Shown here piece by piece: positions 29,538 through 40,749 of a stretch of 64,000 nucleotides of DNA. Both the position numbers and the translations under genes were made by a program. The notes beneath the pieces were generated by a model that saw only the letters and a list, made by a program, of their open reading frames with translations, was not told the DNA's origin and did not search any database. The first letter of the stretch is position 1, and every line of letters starts with the position of its first letter. Origin of the DNA: Desulfobacterales bacterium (lineage in GTDB: Bacteria; Desulfobacterota; Desulfobacteria; Desulfobacterales; UBA5852); contig CAXXVS010000003.1 in the NCBI GenBank assembly GCA_963674755.2, forward strand, positions 224,001 through 288,000, read 5' to 3'.

Positions 29538-31019
29538 ATGACGCCCGACAATATACCAAGCCGCCCGGAGGCGGGCTGGAACTTCGATAACAGCTATGCA
29601 CGCTTGCCGGAGGCCTTTTATGTCCGGCAGAATCCGGTACCGGTGCGCACGCCGGAACTCGTGGTATTCAATGTACCGCTGGCCCAGGCTTTGGGACTCG
29701 AACCCGAGGCCCTGCAAGGCGGGGAGGGCGCCGCCGTTTTGGCAGGCAACCGGATTCCCCCGGGGGCCGAACCGCTGGCCCAGGCTTATGCAGGCCATCA
29801 ATTCGGTTATTTCACCATGCTGGGCGACGGGCGGGCCATCCTGCTGGGCGAACAGGTCACACCCACGGCCGAGCGCTTCGACATCCAGTTCAAAGGGTCC
29901 GGCCGGACGCCGTTTTCGCGGCAGGGCGACGGGCGGGCGGCCCTCGGGCCCATGCTGCGGGAATACATCATCAGCGAAGCCCTGCACGCCCTGGGGGTCC
30001 CCACCACCCGCAGCCTGGCGGTGGTGACCACGGGGGAGCCGGTCTTCCGGGAAACCGTCCTCCAGGGGGCGATTCTCACCCGCACGGCCGCCAGCCACAT
30101 CCGTGTGGGCACGTTCGAGTTTGCGGCCACGCGGGGCAAGCCCGACGAACTCCGGGCCCTGGCCGACTACACCATCCGCCGCCACTTTCCCGACCTGGCC
30201 ACGGCCGAAAATCCCTATCTGGCCCTGCTGGAAGCCGTCATGGAGCGGCAGGCTTCCCTGGTGGCCCGCTGGCTGCTGGTGGGCTTCATCCACGGCGTCA
30301 TGAACACGGACAACATGGCCCTGGGCGGAGAGACCATCGACTACGGCCCCTGCGCCTTCATGGACACCTACGATCCGCAAACCGTCTTCAGTTCCATCGA
30401 CCACCAGGGCCGCTACGCCTACGGCCGACAGCCGCAAATCGCCCAATGGAATCTGGCCCGGTTGGCCGAGACCCTCCTGCCGCTCATGCACGCGGATCAC
30501 CAAGAGGCCCTATCCATGGCCAGCGCGGCCGTCTCCGGATTTCCCGATCTTTTCCGCCGGCACTGGCTGGCGGGCATGCGGGCCAAGCTGGGTCTGTCGA
30601 ACCAGGAAACCGAGGACGGCACCTTGGTGGAAGACCTGCTCGACGGCATGCACCGCCGCGGCGCGGATTTTACCAACACCTTCCGCGCGCTGGCTTCCGG
30701 CGCCCGGCCGGAGACCTCCCTTTTCCAGACCCCGGAATTGAAGCCCTGGTTCACGCGCTGGCAGGCCCGGCTGAAACGGCAGCCCGCTGCGTGGGAGGAC
30801 TCCCGCCGTCTCATGAACAGCCACAACCCGGCCGTCATTCCCCGCAACCACAAGGTGGAAGAAGCGCTGGCGGCGGCCGTGGAACGGTCCGACTACACTG
30901 TCATGGAAAAGCTGCTGGAGGTTCTGTCCCATCCCTATCAGGAGCCGCCGGAAGAGGGCGGCTATCACCTGCCCGCACCCCCTTCGGCGCAGCCCTACCG
31001 CACCTTCTGCGGGACCTGA
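29538..31019 (+). CDS. selO: Protein adenylyltransferase SelO (YdiU)
   Basis: [45 protein letters not shown]-terminal TFCGT. Confidence 0.95.
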   Translation: MTPDNIPSRPEAGWNFDNSYARLPEAFYVRQNPVPVRTPELVVFNVPLAQALGLEPEALQGGEGAAVLAGNRIPPGAEPLAQAYAGHQFGYFTMLGDGRAILLGEQVTPTAERFDIQFKGSGRTPFSRQGDGRAALGPMLREYIISEALHALGVPTTRSLAVVTTGEPVFRETVLQGAILTRTAASHIRVGTFEFAATRGKPDELRALADYTIRRHFPDLATAENPYLALLEAVMERQASLVARWLLVGFIHGVMNTDNMALGGETIDYGPCAFMDTYDPQTVFSSIDHQGRYAYGRQPQIAQWNLARLAETLLPLMHADHQEALSMASAAVSGFPDLFRRHWLAGMRAKLGLSNQETEDGTLVEDLLDGMHRRGADFTNTFRALASGARPETSLFQTPELKPWFTRWQARLKRQPAAWEDSRRLMNSHNPAVIPRNHKVEEALAAAVERSDYTVMEKLLEVLSHPYQEPPEEGGYHLPAPPSAQPYRTFCGT

Positions 31020-31201
31020 ACCGCTGTCGTGACATTGTCGATGCTGTAGGCCAAACACGGATAGCAAGAAGCGCGAATGGCCTACAAAAAAATCGGAAGA
31101 AACCGGATGGCGGTTCTGCGGCAATGACCCTAGTGTTTCGGGTATACTTCGAATCGTTGCCGGAAGGCCGAGACCATCGGGCGCAGAAAGGGGAATTAGG
31201 G

Positions 31202-34018
31202 ATGTCTGAAACAGCCGTTCAACCAAGACCAGGCAAGCGGGCGCCAGACCGCCTGTCCAAAACCACGAACCAAGGAGACGCGTCGAATCGCGACGGCCGT
31301 CTTCATAGCCGCAAAACACTATCCGGCTTCCTGTGGCCCAGGAGCGGACCAGGGATTCTCTGGATCACGGTCGTCCTGGTGCTCCTGTTAACGGCCGGCT
31401 TGGGAGCGCCGGCTTTCGGTGGGCGTACCGGCCCCGGCAATGACGTCCTGCGCACCACCCTGCCCAACGGATTGCGGGTGGTGATCGTGCACAACCCCAT
31501 CGCACCGGTCGTCACGACGGTGATGAACTACCTGGTGGGTTCCAACGAAGCGCCCCCTGGGTTTCCCGGCACCGCCCATGCCCAGGAACACATGATGTTC
31601 CGCGGAAGCCCCGGACTTTCCGCCGACCAGCTGGCCGACATCGCGGCCGCCATGGGCGGGATGTTCGATGCCGACACCCAGCAGGCGGTCACCCAGTATT
31701 TCTTTACCGTTCCGGCCGAAGACCTGGATGTCGCCCTCCATATCGAAGCCATCCGGATGCACGGCGTCCTTGACAGTGAAGCACTGTGGCAGCAGGAGCG
31801 CGGCGCCATCGAGCAGGAAGTGGCCCGGGATCTTTCCAGCCCGACCTACGTGTTCTACACAAGGCTGTTGGCGGCCATGTTCAAGGGGACATCTTACGCG
31901 CACGATGCCCTGGGCACCCGGGCCTCCTTCGACAAAACCACCGGTGCCATGCTGCAACGGTTCCACGAGCAGTGGTATGTGCCCAACAACGCCATTCTCG
32001 TGATCGCCGGGGATGTCCAGCCGCAAGCCGCCCTGGCCGAAGTAAAAAAGCAATTCGGCGGCATCGCCCGTCAGGCCGTTCCCGCCAAGCCCCCTATTCA
32101 CCTGCAGCCGGTCAAGCCAGAGACTATGGAACTCAATACGGACCTGCCCTACGGATTGGTGGCGATCGCTTATCGCATGCCGGGCTATGACAGCCCGGAT
32201 TATGCCGCCGCCCAGGTACTTTCCGATATCCTGAACAGCCCCCGCGGGGCCCTGTACGGGCTGAGTGCCAGCGGCCGGGCCTTGAGCACCGGGTTCAGCC
32301 TGAGGCCCTTTCAGCAGTCCGGCCTGGGGTTTGTCGCCGCCGCCTTCCCCAGCGGGGGCGATCCCCACGCATTGCTGAAAGCCGTCCGCAAGGTGCTGGC
32401 CGACGACCTGTCCCAGGGGTTTCCCGCCGATCTGGTTGAGACCGCCAAGCAGCATGCCGCTCTGGACGCCCAGCTCGACAAGAATTCGATCCCCGGACTG
32501 GCCATGGCCTGGTCCCAGGCCCTGGCCATTGAGCAGCGCCGGTCGCCGGAAACGGATGTGGCGGCGATCCGGCAGGTCAACGCCGCGGATGTCAACCGTG
32601 TGGCCCGCCAATACCTCGATCCGGACCGAACCATTGTCGCCATTCTGACACCCCAGCCGTCGGGCGGGCCCACGGCGTCCTCCGGCTTCGGCGGCAAGGA
32701 ATCCTTTGCGCCCGAAAAAGCAAAGAGCGTCAAGCTCCCCGCCTGGGCCTCCGCTGCCCTAGAGCGCCTCACGATGCCCACGCCGTCCACCCATCCGGTG
32801 ACCACCATCCTGCCCAATGGCCTGCGCCTGATCGTGCAGCCCTCATCGGCCAGCAACACGGTGAGCATCTACGGACACGTCCGCAACAACCCCTACCTGC
32901 AAATCCCGGCCGGCCGGGAGGGGGTGGACGATGTGCTGGACCAGTTGTTCTCCTACGGTACCCGCACTCTGGATCGATTGGCCTATCAAAAAGCCCTGGA
33001 CGACATCGGCGCGTACGCCTCGGCCGGTGCCGACTTTTCCCTGCAAGTGGCCGCCGACCGGTTCGAACACGGCGTTCAACTGCTGGCCGACAATGAACTC
33101 GATCCCGCCCTGCCGGAGGCGGCCTTTCGGATCGTCCGCCGGCAGGTGGCGGATACGGTCGCCGGTCAGCTCCAGAGCCCTGACTATCTGACCGCCAGGG
33201 CCCTCCAAATAGCACTCTTTCCCAAGGGCGACCCCGCGCTGCGGCGGGCCACGCCGTCCACGGTGTCTTCCCTGACGCTGGAGGATGTCACGTCCTACTA
33301 TCACCATGTTTTTCGCCCGGACCAGACCACCTTGGTGGTCATCGGCAACATCACCCCGGAAAGCGCCCGGCGCGCGGTCGAACACTATTTCGGCCCCTGG
33401 ACGGCGACCGGACCGAGGCCGAACACGGTCCTGCCGCCGGTGCCGCCCAACGCGCCGACAACCACCCGGGTGCCCGATGCGAGCCGGGTGCAGGACAAGG
33501 TGATCCTGGCCGAAACCCTCGGCCTGACCCGGCACGATCCGGATTATTATGCCCTGGAACTCGGCAACCATGTGCTGGGCGGCGGGTTTTACGCCACCCG
33601 CCTCTACCAGGATCTGCGGGAGAAGACCGGACTGGTCTACAATGTCTCTTCGTCTTTCCAGGTGGGCCGGTCCCGGGGCCTCTACATGGTGGCCTATGCC
33701 TGCGATCCCGCCAACGTGGCCAAGGCGCGGGGTATCGTGGCGCGCGATCTTGAGGAGATGCAATCGACCCGGATCGACGAGGACGCACTGCGGCAGGCCA
33801 AGGCCATGCTGCTGCGCGAAACTACCCTGGCCGAATCGAGTCTGGGCGCCATTGCGAATGGCTTTCTCTCCCGGGTGGATTTGGATCTGCCCCTCGACGA
33901 GCCGACCCGGGCGGCCCACCGCTATGTGAATCTGAACGCCGCACAGGTTCAGGCGGCCTTTGCCAAGTGGCTACGCCCCGCGGACCTGGTTCAGGTGACC
34001 GAAGGGCCACCGCGCTGA
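31202..34018 (+). CDS. M16 family (pitrilysin-like) zinc peptidase, start uncertain
   Basis: LPNGLRV occurs twice, inverted zinc motif HAQEH, two M16 halves, hydrophobic signal segment. Confidence 0.9.
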   Translation: MSETAVQPRPGKRAPDRLSKTTNQGDASNRDGRLHSRKTLSGFLWPRSGPGILWITVVLVLLLTAGLGAPAFGGRTGPGNDVLRTTLPNGLRVVIVHNPIAPVVTTVMNYLVGSNEAPPGFPGTAHAQEHMMFRGSPGLSADQLADIAAAMGGMFDADTQQAVTQYFFTVPAEDLDVALHIEAIRMHGVLDSEALWQQERGAIEQEVARDLSSPTYVFYTRLLAAMFKGTSYAHDALGTRASFDKTTGAMLQRFHEQWYVPNNAILVIAGDVQPQAALAEVKKQFGGIARQAVPAKPPIHLQPVKPETMELNTDLPYGLVAIAYRMPGYDSPDYAAAQVLSDILNSPRGALYGLSASGRALSTGFSLRPFQQSGLGFVAAAFPSGGDPHALLKAVRKVLADDLSQGFPADLVETAKQHAALDAQLDKNSIPGLAMAWSQALAIEQRRSPETDVAAIRQVNAADVNRVARQYLDPDRTIVAILTPQPSGGPTASSGFGGKESFAPEKAKSVKLPAWASAALERLTMPTPSTHPVTTILPNGLRLIVQPSSASNTVSIYGHVRNNPYLQIPAGREGVDDVLDQLFSYGTRTLDRLAYQKALDDIGAYASAGADFSLQVAADRFEHGVQLLADNELDPALPEAAFRIVRRQVADTVAGQLQSPDYLTARALQIALFPKGDPALRRATPSTVSSLTLEDVTSYYHHVFRPDQTTLVVIGNITPESARRAVEHYFGPWTATGPRPNTVLPPVPPNAPTTTRVPDASRVQDKVILAETLGLTRHDPDYYALELGNHVLGGGFYATRLYQDLREKTGLVYNVSSSFQVGRSRGLYMVAYACDPANVAKARGIVARDLEEMQSTRIDEDALRQAKAMLLRETTLAESSLGAIANGFLSRVDLDLPLDEPTRAAHRYVNLNAAQVQAAFAKWLRPADLVQVTEGPPR

Positions 34019-34217
34019 ACGCTGAAGATCAGAAAAGCGTCCCTCGCAAATAAAGGATCCATGGCCGGACGGCATGCGGCATCCATTGACGGTTTGGCCC
34101 GTGGAACCCAAGCGTTGTCACGCTCGTATGATTAACGATGAAAACCGGCGGAGATCGCACCCATTCCAACCTCCGCCGGTTCCTTTGATCTCAAGTGCTT
34201 TCTGCCTTAGGTTTGCT

Positions 34218-35315
34218 TCACTTCTTGTTCATGGTCTTGATTTTCAAGGCGATCTCTTTCCAGCGCTCCTTTTCGACACGGTTCGCACTTTTGTGTTGGC
34301 GCTGGGCCAGATAATCCAGTTCCCGTTTCATCTTGCGATAGTTTTCCAGCCGGTCCGTTGGGATTTCGCCGTCATCGACGGCCTCCCGGACCCGACAACC
34401 GGGCTCGTGGGTATGACTGCAGTCCGAAAAGCGGCATCCTCGGCCAAGCCTTTCAATTTCGGGAAAGGCCGTTTCAATTCCGCTGTCGGTTTCCCAGAAA
34501 GCGATTTCCCGGATGCCCGGGTTGTCGATCACCATTCCCCCCTGGGGCATCCGGATCAGATCCCGGGAAGTAGTTGTGTGTTTACCCTTGCCCACATGGG
34601 TGCTGATGGAACCGGTAAGCTGTATGGATTTACCGTAGAGCCGGTTTACCAGAGTGGATTTGCCCGCCCCGGAAGACCCCACCAGGGTCGTGGTCCGGCC
34701 GCCGGACAAATAGGGTTCCAAAGCTGTCAGGCCGTCGTTATCCGTTGCGGAAACCAGGTGGATGGGAACACCGAAAGCGACCGCCTCCACTTCACTGACA
34801 AAATGGGCCGGATCTTCGTGCAGATCGGCTTTGGTCAGGATGATCGCCGGCGTTAGGCCGCAATTGTAGACCAGGGTCAGGTAGCGCTCGATGCGGCGTA
34901 GATTGAAATCCCGGTCCAGCCCGCAAACAATAAGGACGGTATCGAGGTTGGCGGCAATGACCTGTTCCCTTTGGGGCTGGGCCGCCTGCTTGTTATGCGT
35001 ACCGGAAGCACCCCGGGACAAGGCATTCCGGCGCACCAGCACCCTGGCAATCACGGCCTCTTTCATGAGGACCCAATCGCCGGTAACCGGAAAAAGCCCG
35101 CCGGCCCCATGTTGGAGTTTCCCGGCCAGTGTGGCCCGCCATTCGCGCCTGCCGTCGCTGGTGCGAAAGCTGTTTTTGCCTACCCCTACCACGCGGGCCG
35201 GGATAAGACCGTCGCCGGAACCGTGCTCCCATTGGGTTTGAAAATGGGATGTCCATCCCATCTGGGAAAGGTGATGACGGTTATCGTTTCTATTCATATC
35301 GTGTTCGATGTTCAT
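34218..35315 (-). CDS. rsgA: Ribosome small subunit-dependent GTPase A (long form)
   Basis: VTGDWV, AAN.D, LTKAD, GSSGAGKSTLVN, GKHTT, IDNPG, Zn finger CRFSDCSH..EPGC. Confidence 0.93.
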   Translation of the reverse strand: MNIEHDMNRNDNRHHLSQMGWTSHFQTQWEHGSGDGLIPARVVGVGKNSFRTSDGRREWRATLAGKLQHGAGGLFPVTGDWVLMKEAVIARVLVRRNALSRGASGTHNKQAAQPQREQVIAANLDTVLIVCGLDRDFNLRRIERYLTLVYNCGLTPAIILTKADLHEDPAHFVSEVEAVAFGVPIHLVSATDNDGLTALEPYLSGGRTTTLVGSSGAGKSTLVNRLYGKSIQLTGSISTHVGKGKHTTTSRDLIRMPQGGMVIDNPGIREIAFWETDSGIETAFPEIERLGRGCRFSDCSHTHEPGCRVREAVDDGEIPTDRLENYRKMKRELDYLAQRQHKSANRVEKERWKEIALKIKTMNKK

Positions 35316-35630
35316 GGTTAAGTCCACCCTATCTTTTTCGTTGATGATGCTGCAAAACGCCTCCTACCCGCCACATTAGCAAAGACGGGATTCCGGGCTT
35401 CGAAGGATGAATGGGCAACGCTTCGCCAGCGCATGAAAACGCTCGCGCTCACACGTGCCGGCGCTTGTGACGATGTTTATCGATCGGGATATGAGGGGTG
35501 TTGCTGACAGGGGCGGCAGGTATAGCGCCAGATGCTCAATCAGAGACCTGCTGAGGAGGGATTGGGAAAACGCGATCTGGAATTAAAGAAAACCGCTCTT
35601 TAAGGATACCGCAAAACGATGCTCAATCCG

Positions 35631-35693
35631 CTACCGGCAATTGGTCCCCATGTCGGCAACGATTGGCACAAGATCCATTAACTTCTTGAACAT
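35631..35693 (-). CDS. Putative leader peptide MFKKLMDLVPIVADMGTNCR upstream of rsgA
   Basis: AGAGGG RBS, about 35 nt after a -10 box, at the start of a ~400-nt leader. Confidence 0.5.
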   Translation of the reverse strand: MFKKLMDLVPIVADMGTNCR

Positions 35694-35729
35694 AAAGCCC
35701 TCTTTCATCTGTGTTGGATAACGGCGTTT

Positions 35730-35757
35730 ACTATACGATAACCTCAGGGGCCGTCAA
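35730..35757 (-). promoter_or_regulatory. Sigma-70 promoter of the rsgA leader
   Basis: TTGACG-N16-TATAGT on the minus strand. Confidence 0.6.
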
Positions 35758-35905
35758 GGATAACCCGCACCAGACACCATCGCTATAAGCACTTTGTCTC
35801 GAGGCTTCTTGCGCAATAAGTACGCCCACCAAAGCAGAGAAAAGAAATCGGGCCAGGCTTGGGGCCCGGCCTTGAGGATGGATCACATTTTTAAGGGCCT
35901 GGGAC

Positions 35906-37078
35906 CTATGCCTCTTGTCCGCTGCGCAGCCGCGGCGGCAGAATGAAGACTTTGCGCAAGCCTTCCTTGAGCGAAATGGCCGCTTCCGGGCAGAAGCGGG
36001 CGCAAACGCCGCATCCCAGGCAGGCGCTTTCGTCCCGCACGGCCAGTCCCTCTTCACTAAGCGCAATCGCATCGGTGGGGCACCAGTCCACGCAAGTGCC
36101 GCAGCCGGTGCAGGCCCCGTGATCGATCACGGCCAGGTGATAGGTAGAGTTCACCATGGGCAGCGTGCCGTCGCGCCAGAGCCGCAGGGTGTCGCAGCAA
36201 TCCTTGCAGCAGTTGCAGATGCTGGTTTCTTCGGCGGACTCCCGTGCGCCCGGGTGAAAGGCCTTGTGGATCAGGCCGGCCTGTTCGGCCTCTTTGAGAA
36301 TCGCGAGGGCTTCCTCCCGGGTGACGGCTTTGGCGAAGCCCTGGGCCACGGTGTGGCGGGCCGACTTGCCAAACGTAAAGCAGTTGACCACCGGCGCCTG
36401 GGTGCGGCAGGGCTCCCCCAGCAGACTGCGTCGCTGGCGGCAGAAGCAGTGCCCTACGGCGATGTCGTCGAATTTTTCAATGATCTCCTCCACCGTCTGG
36501 CTCGGAAGGACGAACTCTTCGTTGGCGTCGATGGGTTTGTCGACCGGGATGACCCGGATCGGCCCTCCTTCGGTGGTACGGCCGCCCGGCACGGTGCGGT
36601 CGATGGCCGGGGCGGCTTTAAAGAAGGGCAGCAGGGCATCGTAATTGCCCTGGGTCTGCTCCCGGAGGTCGGCCATCATCTTTTCGAACAGCCGGGCCAG
36701 CGCCTTTTCCGCGTCGCTGCCATTCAGTTTTCCCATGAACTTGTATTCCATCAACCCGATCATCATGAGGGGCAGGAGACGATAGACCATCACTCCACGG
36801 GAATTGGGCTGATTGAAGACCAGTCCCTTTTGCGCCAGGCTGTCCGCCAGGGCGCCGGCCTTTTCCGCGGGAAATCCGCTGGCTTCGGTCAACTGTGCCA
36901 GCGTCTGGGAGGGCTTGTCGCGAAAGGCATGGATCAGGTCCAGCTCGTCTTCCGCTTCTCCCACCACACGCTGGATAATGGCCACCGCCGTGGGGGAGAC
37001 CGGAAACGGAACCATTCCCTGCCGGCAGATGACGCCGGCGGCGCGTTCGAACTTTTCCTGCAAGGGCGTCTCGGTCAT
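35906..37078 (-). CDS. 4Fe-4S dicluster-containing protein
   Basis: CFCR..C..C, ICNCCKDCC, and C-terminal CTGCGTC..WCP and CLGCGVC..FCP. Confidence 0.9.
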   Translation of the reverse strand: MTETPLQEKFERAAGVICRQGMVPFPVSPTAVAIIQRVVGEAEDELDLIHAFRDKPSQTLAQLTEASGFPAEKAGALADSLAQKGLVFNQPNSRGVMVYRLLPLMMIGLMEYKFMGKLNGSDAEKALARLFEKMMADLREQTQGNYDALLPFFKAAPAIDRTVPGGRTTEGGPIRVIPVDKPIDANEEFVLPSQTVEEIIEKFDDIAVGHCFCRQRRSLLGEPCRTQAPVVNCFTFGKSARHTVAQGFAKAVTREEALAILKEAEQAGLIHKAFHPGARESAEETSICNCCKDCCDTLRLWRDGTLPMVNSTYHLAVIDHGACTGCGTCVDWCPTDAIALSEEGLAVRDESACLGCGVCARFCPEAAISLKEGLRKVFILPPRLRSGQEA

Positions 37079-37455
37079 GGCATATCGCTCCTCGGTTGTG
37101 TGTATCATAAAAAAAAGCCGATCAAAGCAGGCAAGGGATCGGATTGTCAAGCATCTCTTGATCGCGATCGTATCATGCCAATTATTTTTGACGGTTAAAG
37201 TAGTTTTCTGCTAAGGTTCAGGTTCTGCATTTTCTAGCCTGAATCTGATTCTCGAAATTTTCCCCTTTGATTGGCAGCCCGATAGCATTTAAGCGGTGTC
37301 GGCAGGCTTAACCGCCTCTTCAAAACCCCATCCGCTTATAGGGCGGCAGCTCCCAACCCGCCTGCTATCGATGCGGCTGACAACCCCGATCCAGGGGGAG
37401 CCCTTCGGGAGTCCCGTATCTGAATTCGTGTACGGACTTCAATTTGAAAGGACGC

Positions 37456-38292
37456 ATGATGGCGTTAACTTCCTGGCACTACATATGGCTTGTGGCCATG
37501 GGGGTCGGTGTGGGATGCTACGGAACCCTGATCGGGGCGGGGGGCGGGTTTGTCTTGATGCCGGTTCTGTTGCTGCTTTATCCCCACCAAAATCCCAACT
37601 TGTTGACGTCCATCTCCCTGGCCGTCGTCTTCTTCAACGCCTTATCGGGTTCCGAAGCCTATGCGATGATGAAACGTATCGATTATCGCTCGGGCTTTTT
37701 CTTTTCCATGGCGACGATTCCGGGGGCCGTCATCGGCGCCTTGAACACGAACTACGTGCCCCGTCGCATGTTTGATATGATTTTTTCGGTCTTGTTATTG
37801 GTAGCCGCTGTTTTTTTGGTATGGCGCCCCTCCCGGACCAAACACGTAGCCAAGACGGCACGCGCCGGATCCCGTAAAACCACACGCCGGCTGGTCGATG
37901 CCCATGGTGACCATTATGAGTATTCGTTCAGTTTCCGTTTAGGCATGACGATAAGCGTCTTTGTCGGCTACATCTCAAGCTTTCTGGGCATCGGCGGCGG
38001 GATTATCCATGTTCCCGCGCTCAGCTATTTTCTGAATTTCCCGGTGCATGTCGCCACGGCAACCTCCCATTTCATCTTGGCCATCATGGCGTTGACCGGC
38101 ACCATCGTTCACATCATGACAGGAACGTTTGCCCACGGTGTCCACCGGACGATCGCCTTGGCCATCGGCGTTGTATTGGGGGCTCAAATCGGCGCCCATC
38201 TGTCCGAAAAGGTGAAGGGCGGCTGGATTATTCGTGGCCTGGCAATTGCTCTGGGGGTTGTGGGGCTGCGGATATTTTTCCTGTCCTGGTAA
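37456..38292 (+). CDS. TauE/SafE-family (TSUP) sulfite exporter
   Basis: Duplicated G.GGG motifs (IGAGGG, LGIGGG), A.ATS, about 8 TM helices. Confidence 0.9.
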   Translation: MMALTSWHYIWLVAMGVGVGCYGTLIGAGGGFVLMPVLLLLYPHQNPNLLTSISLAVVFFNALSGSEAYAMMKRIDYRSGFFFSMATIPGAVIGALNTNYVPRRMFDMIFSVLLLVAAVFLVWRPSRTKHVAKTARAGSRKTTRRLVDAHGDHYEYSFSFRLGMTISVFVGYISSFLGIGGGIIHVPALSYFLNFPVHVATATSHFILAIMALTGTIVHIMTGTFAHGVHRTIALAIGVVLGAQIGAHLSEKVKGGWIIRGLAIALGVVGLRIFFLSW

Positions 38293-38369
38293 CGGTTGCC
38301 AGACTGATCGGAACCAGCGAGGGTTGCCGAGGCAATATCAACCACAAAATCGATACGGGCGAGGGTCAC

Positions 38370-38717
38370 ATGGTAAATCAAGTTCCCCCGGATCAGGACA
38401 AACTCATCGTGGACGAAATTCTTCTTTTTTTTCAGGAGAAGCGAACCATATTAATGACGATCCGGATGGCGATAGGGACCATCATGGTGCAGGTATCCAT
38501 CCTGAGCTTTCTGATTGCGACCTCCCGATTCTACCAATTGGTCGAGGTGATGCACCTGGTGGTGCCCTTTATCGTGCTGAATGCCATCGTGTTGGGTGTG
38601 GCCGGCTATTTTCTGGTCGGATCGCTCATTCAACTGCATCGCTTGGAGCGCCAAATCGTAAGATACAAGCGGGGCCATTCCCGCATTGCCGCATGCATGG
38701 ATAAAGGTGCCCGTTAG
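38370..38717 (+). CDS. Small two-TM membrane protein
   Basis: EKRT.L..IR motif (DUF202-like) followed by two hydrophobic helices. Confidence 0.65.
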   Translation: MVNQVPPDQDKLIVDEILLFFQEKRTILMTIRMAIGTIMVQVSILSFLIATSRFYQLVEVMHLVVPFIVLNAIVLGVAGYFLVGSLIQLHRLERQIVRYKRGHSRIAACMDKGAR

Positions 38718-38890
38718 AAAACGCTTTTACCGATTTCCGTTTTATTCATCCGCCGCATGCCTTCAGACAAAACGCCTTCCCGATCCACCGCGCACCTATC
38801 CCTTCCCCAACATTGAAAAAAAGGAAGTCATGATTATGCTCAATGGCATGGCAGACCTTCTCGTTCAAACAACTCAAAGAGGAGCGTAGC

Positions 38891-39388
38891 ATGGCGACTT
38901 CGACCGGCAAACAATTGGCTCAAGATATCCGACAAAAAATCGGGGAGCTGAAAACCGTATGCGACGGGATTGATGAGAAAACGGCCTCCCGGGCCCCCGA
39001 AGGGCGCTGGTCCCCCAAGGAAATCCTTTCCCACCTGGCCGGGCCTGAAGGGTCGGGCCATATGGCGATCCTGCAGGCCTTTCTCGACCAGGACACCCCC
39101 CGGATCGACCTCGAGGCCGAGGACCCCTTCTTTTCCGAAAAGCGTGACCGGATGACCTTTGCCGAACTCGTCACGCAGGTCCAAGAGGAATACGAAGGCG
39201 TCGCCGCGTTTGCCGACGGCCTTTCAGGGGAACAACTCGATCGCAAGGCCCATATCCCCATGCTCAAAGACTCGCCCCTGGGGGACTATCCGACCCTCGA
39301 GGGACTCATCGGAGGGCTGGGGTCGTATCATGTTCAGTTTCATGCGGACCATCTGCGCGAAATCCTGCAAGCGCTTGGACGGGGCTAG
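38891..39388 (+). CDS. DinB-family protein
   Basis: [10 protein letters not shown] and H..FH..HL motifs, GAGGAG RBS. Confidence 0.85.
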   Translation: MATSTGKQLAQDIRQKIGELKTVCDGIDEKTASRAPEGRWSPKEILSHLAGPEGSGHMAILQAFLDQDTPRIDLEAEDPFFSEKRDRMTFAELVTQVQEEYEGVAAFADGLSGEQLDRKAHIPMLKDSPLGDYPTLEGLIGGLGSYHVQFHADHLREILQALGRG

Positions 39389-39571
39389 AATCGACCTCAA
39401 AATGACGTTTCTCTTCACCGCCTGATACGCGGCGCACCTGCCCAGGCCCGGGTAGTCGAGCCTGGGCGGTACAGTCTCTTCACCGGTGTCAGGGGCCATC
39501 ACGGTTACACGGCTTCATAGTGCTTCACCTATGCAGATTGTCTTCCTGACCTCAGCGCCTGAAAGATTGCC

Positions 39572-40366
39572 ATGTGGTTAAACGCATCCTGCCTGCTTGA
39601 ATTCCAGATTCCGGTTCCAACGCCGTTTTTGCTCACGCTGCGCCCTCGGAGTGGACGGCAGCAGTGGATCGCACGCGAAGAATACGTTTTGTCGCCCAGC
39701 GTACCGGTGGTCGAGTTCACGGACGCCTTTGGCAACCTGTGTCAGCGGCTGGTTGCACCCGCCGGCTATTTTTCGGTGCGCACTTCCGTTGATGTCGAAA
39801 CCGCGGACGCGTCCGACACGGCCCCCGGGGCGCCCTTTGTCGAAGTACAGCATCTGCCCGATGAAACCCTGCCGTTTCTTTATCCCAGCCGGTATTGCGA
39901 GTCGGATCGTTTTACCGACATGGCGGCCTCGATCACGGCGGGCCGGCCCTCCGGCTACGATCAATGTCATGCCATCGTTGAGTATATCCGCCACGCGATA
40001 CGGTACACGCCCGGCGCCGGACAGCAGATCATCAGCGCCGCCGAGCTCAACCAGCTGGGCAGCGGCGTTTGCCGGGACATGGCCCATTTGGGTATCGCTT
40101 GTTGCCGAGCGCTGTCAATACCGGCACGTATGGTGGTGGGCTACCTCGAGGCGCTGGCACCGATGGATTTACACGCCTGGTTCGAGGCCTATGTTGGAAA
40201 TCGATGGTACACATTCGACCCGACGCAAGCCGATCTGCGGGGAGGACGCGTCGCAATCGCTTTTGGCCGCGATGCGTCCGACGTTGCCATTTACACCCAA
40301 TTCGGCGACCCGGTGGACCTGCTCAATATGAACGTCAACGTTGAACGGATGCCCGGACCGACCTGA
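39572..40366 (+). CDS. Transglutaminase-like protein
   Basis: [28 protein letters not shown]. Confidence 0.92.
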   Translation: MWLNASCLLEFQIPVPTPFLLTLRPRSGRQQWIAREEYVLSPSVPVVEFTDAFGNLCQRLVAPAGYFSVRTSVDVETADASDTAPGAPFVEVQHLPDETLPFLYPSRYCESDRFTDMAASITAGRPSGYDQCHAIVEYIRHAIRYTPGAGQQIISAAELNQLGSGVCRDMAHLGIACCRALSIPARMVVGYLEALAPMDLHAWFEAYVGNRWYTFDPTQADLRGGRVAIAFGRDASDVAIYTQFGDPVDLLNMNVNVERMPGPT

Positions 40367-40615
40367 CTGAGGCAGGACATGGCGGCGCATTAAACCCGGA
40401 GCGTATCGCAACCTGCTCGGTGGCAAACGGGTCTTTCACGTCTGGCCCTTGACGGAACGCCCGTGGAACGATGGTCTAACCGGCGTCGTCCATGCCCGCC
40501 CCATCACGCCGACTTCCGCAAAGTTTGCACACTAATCAGGGCACCATGGCGCCCGTTTAGGGCAATTTCTCAACCTCCCCCCAACGAACACCCCGTAATC
40601 ACAAGATTGTTTTCT

Positions 40616-40630
40616 TGGTATGCATATTGC
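40616..40630 (+). promoter_or_regulatory. Candidate sigma-54 promoter
   Basis: TGGT-N7-TTGC (TTGGTATGCATATTGC) upstream of the Sel1 gene. Confidence 0.4.
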
Positions 40631-40749
40631 GGTTATCATCGCTCATGGCGTCCTTCGGATAGGATCCAATAGAGGCCGCGCTGTCCGCCAATTACCGCTG
40701 CGCTTGGCCGATCGTTGCAAAAAACCGTGGAGAAAGGAATCGAATTCCG

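Noticed and set aside
30446..31201. N-terminal extension of the 1190-aa M16 ORF
   Set aside because: It overlaps selO in another frame and is low-complexity. The real start is at or after 31202.
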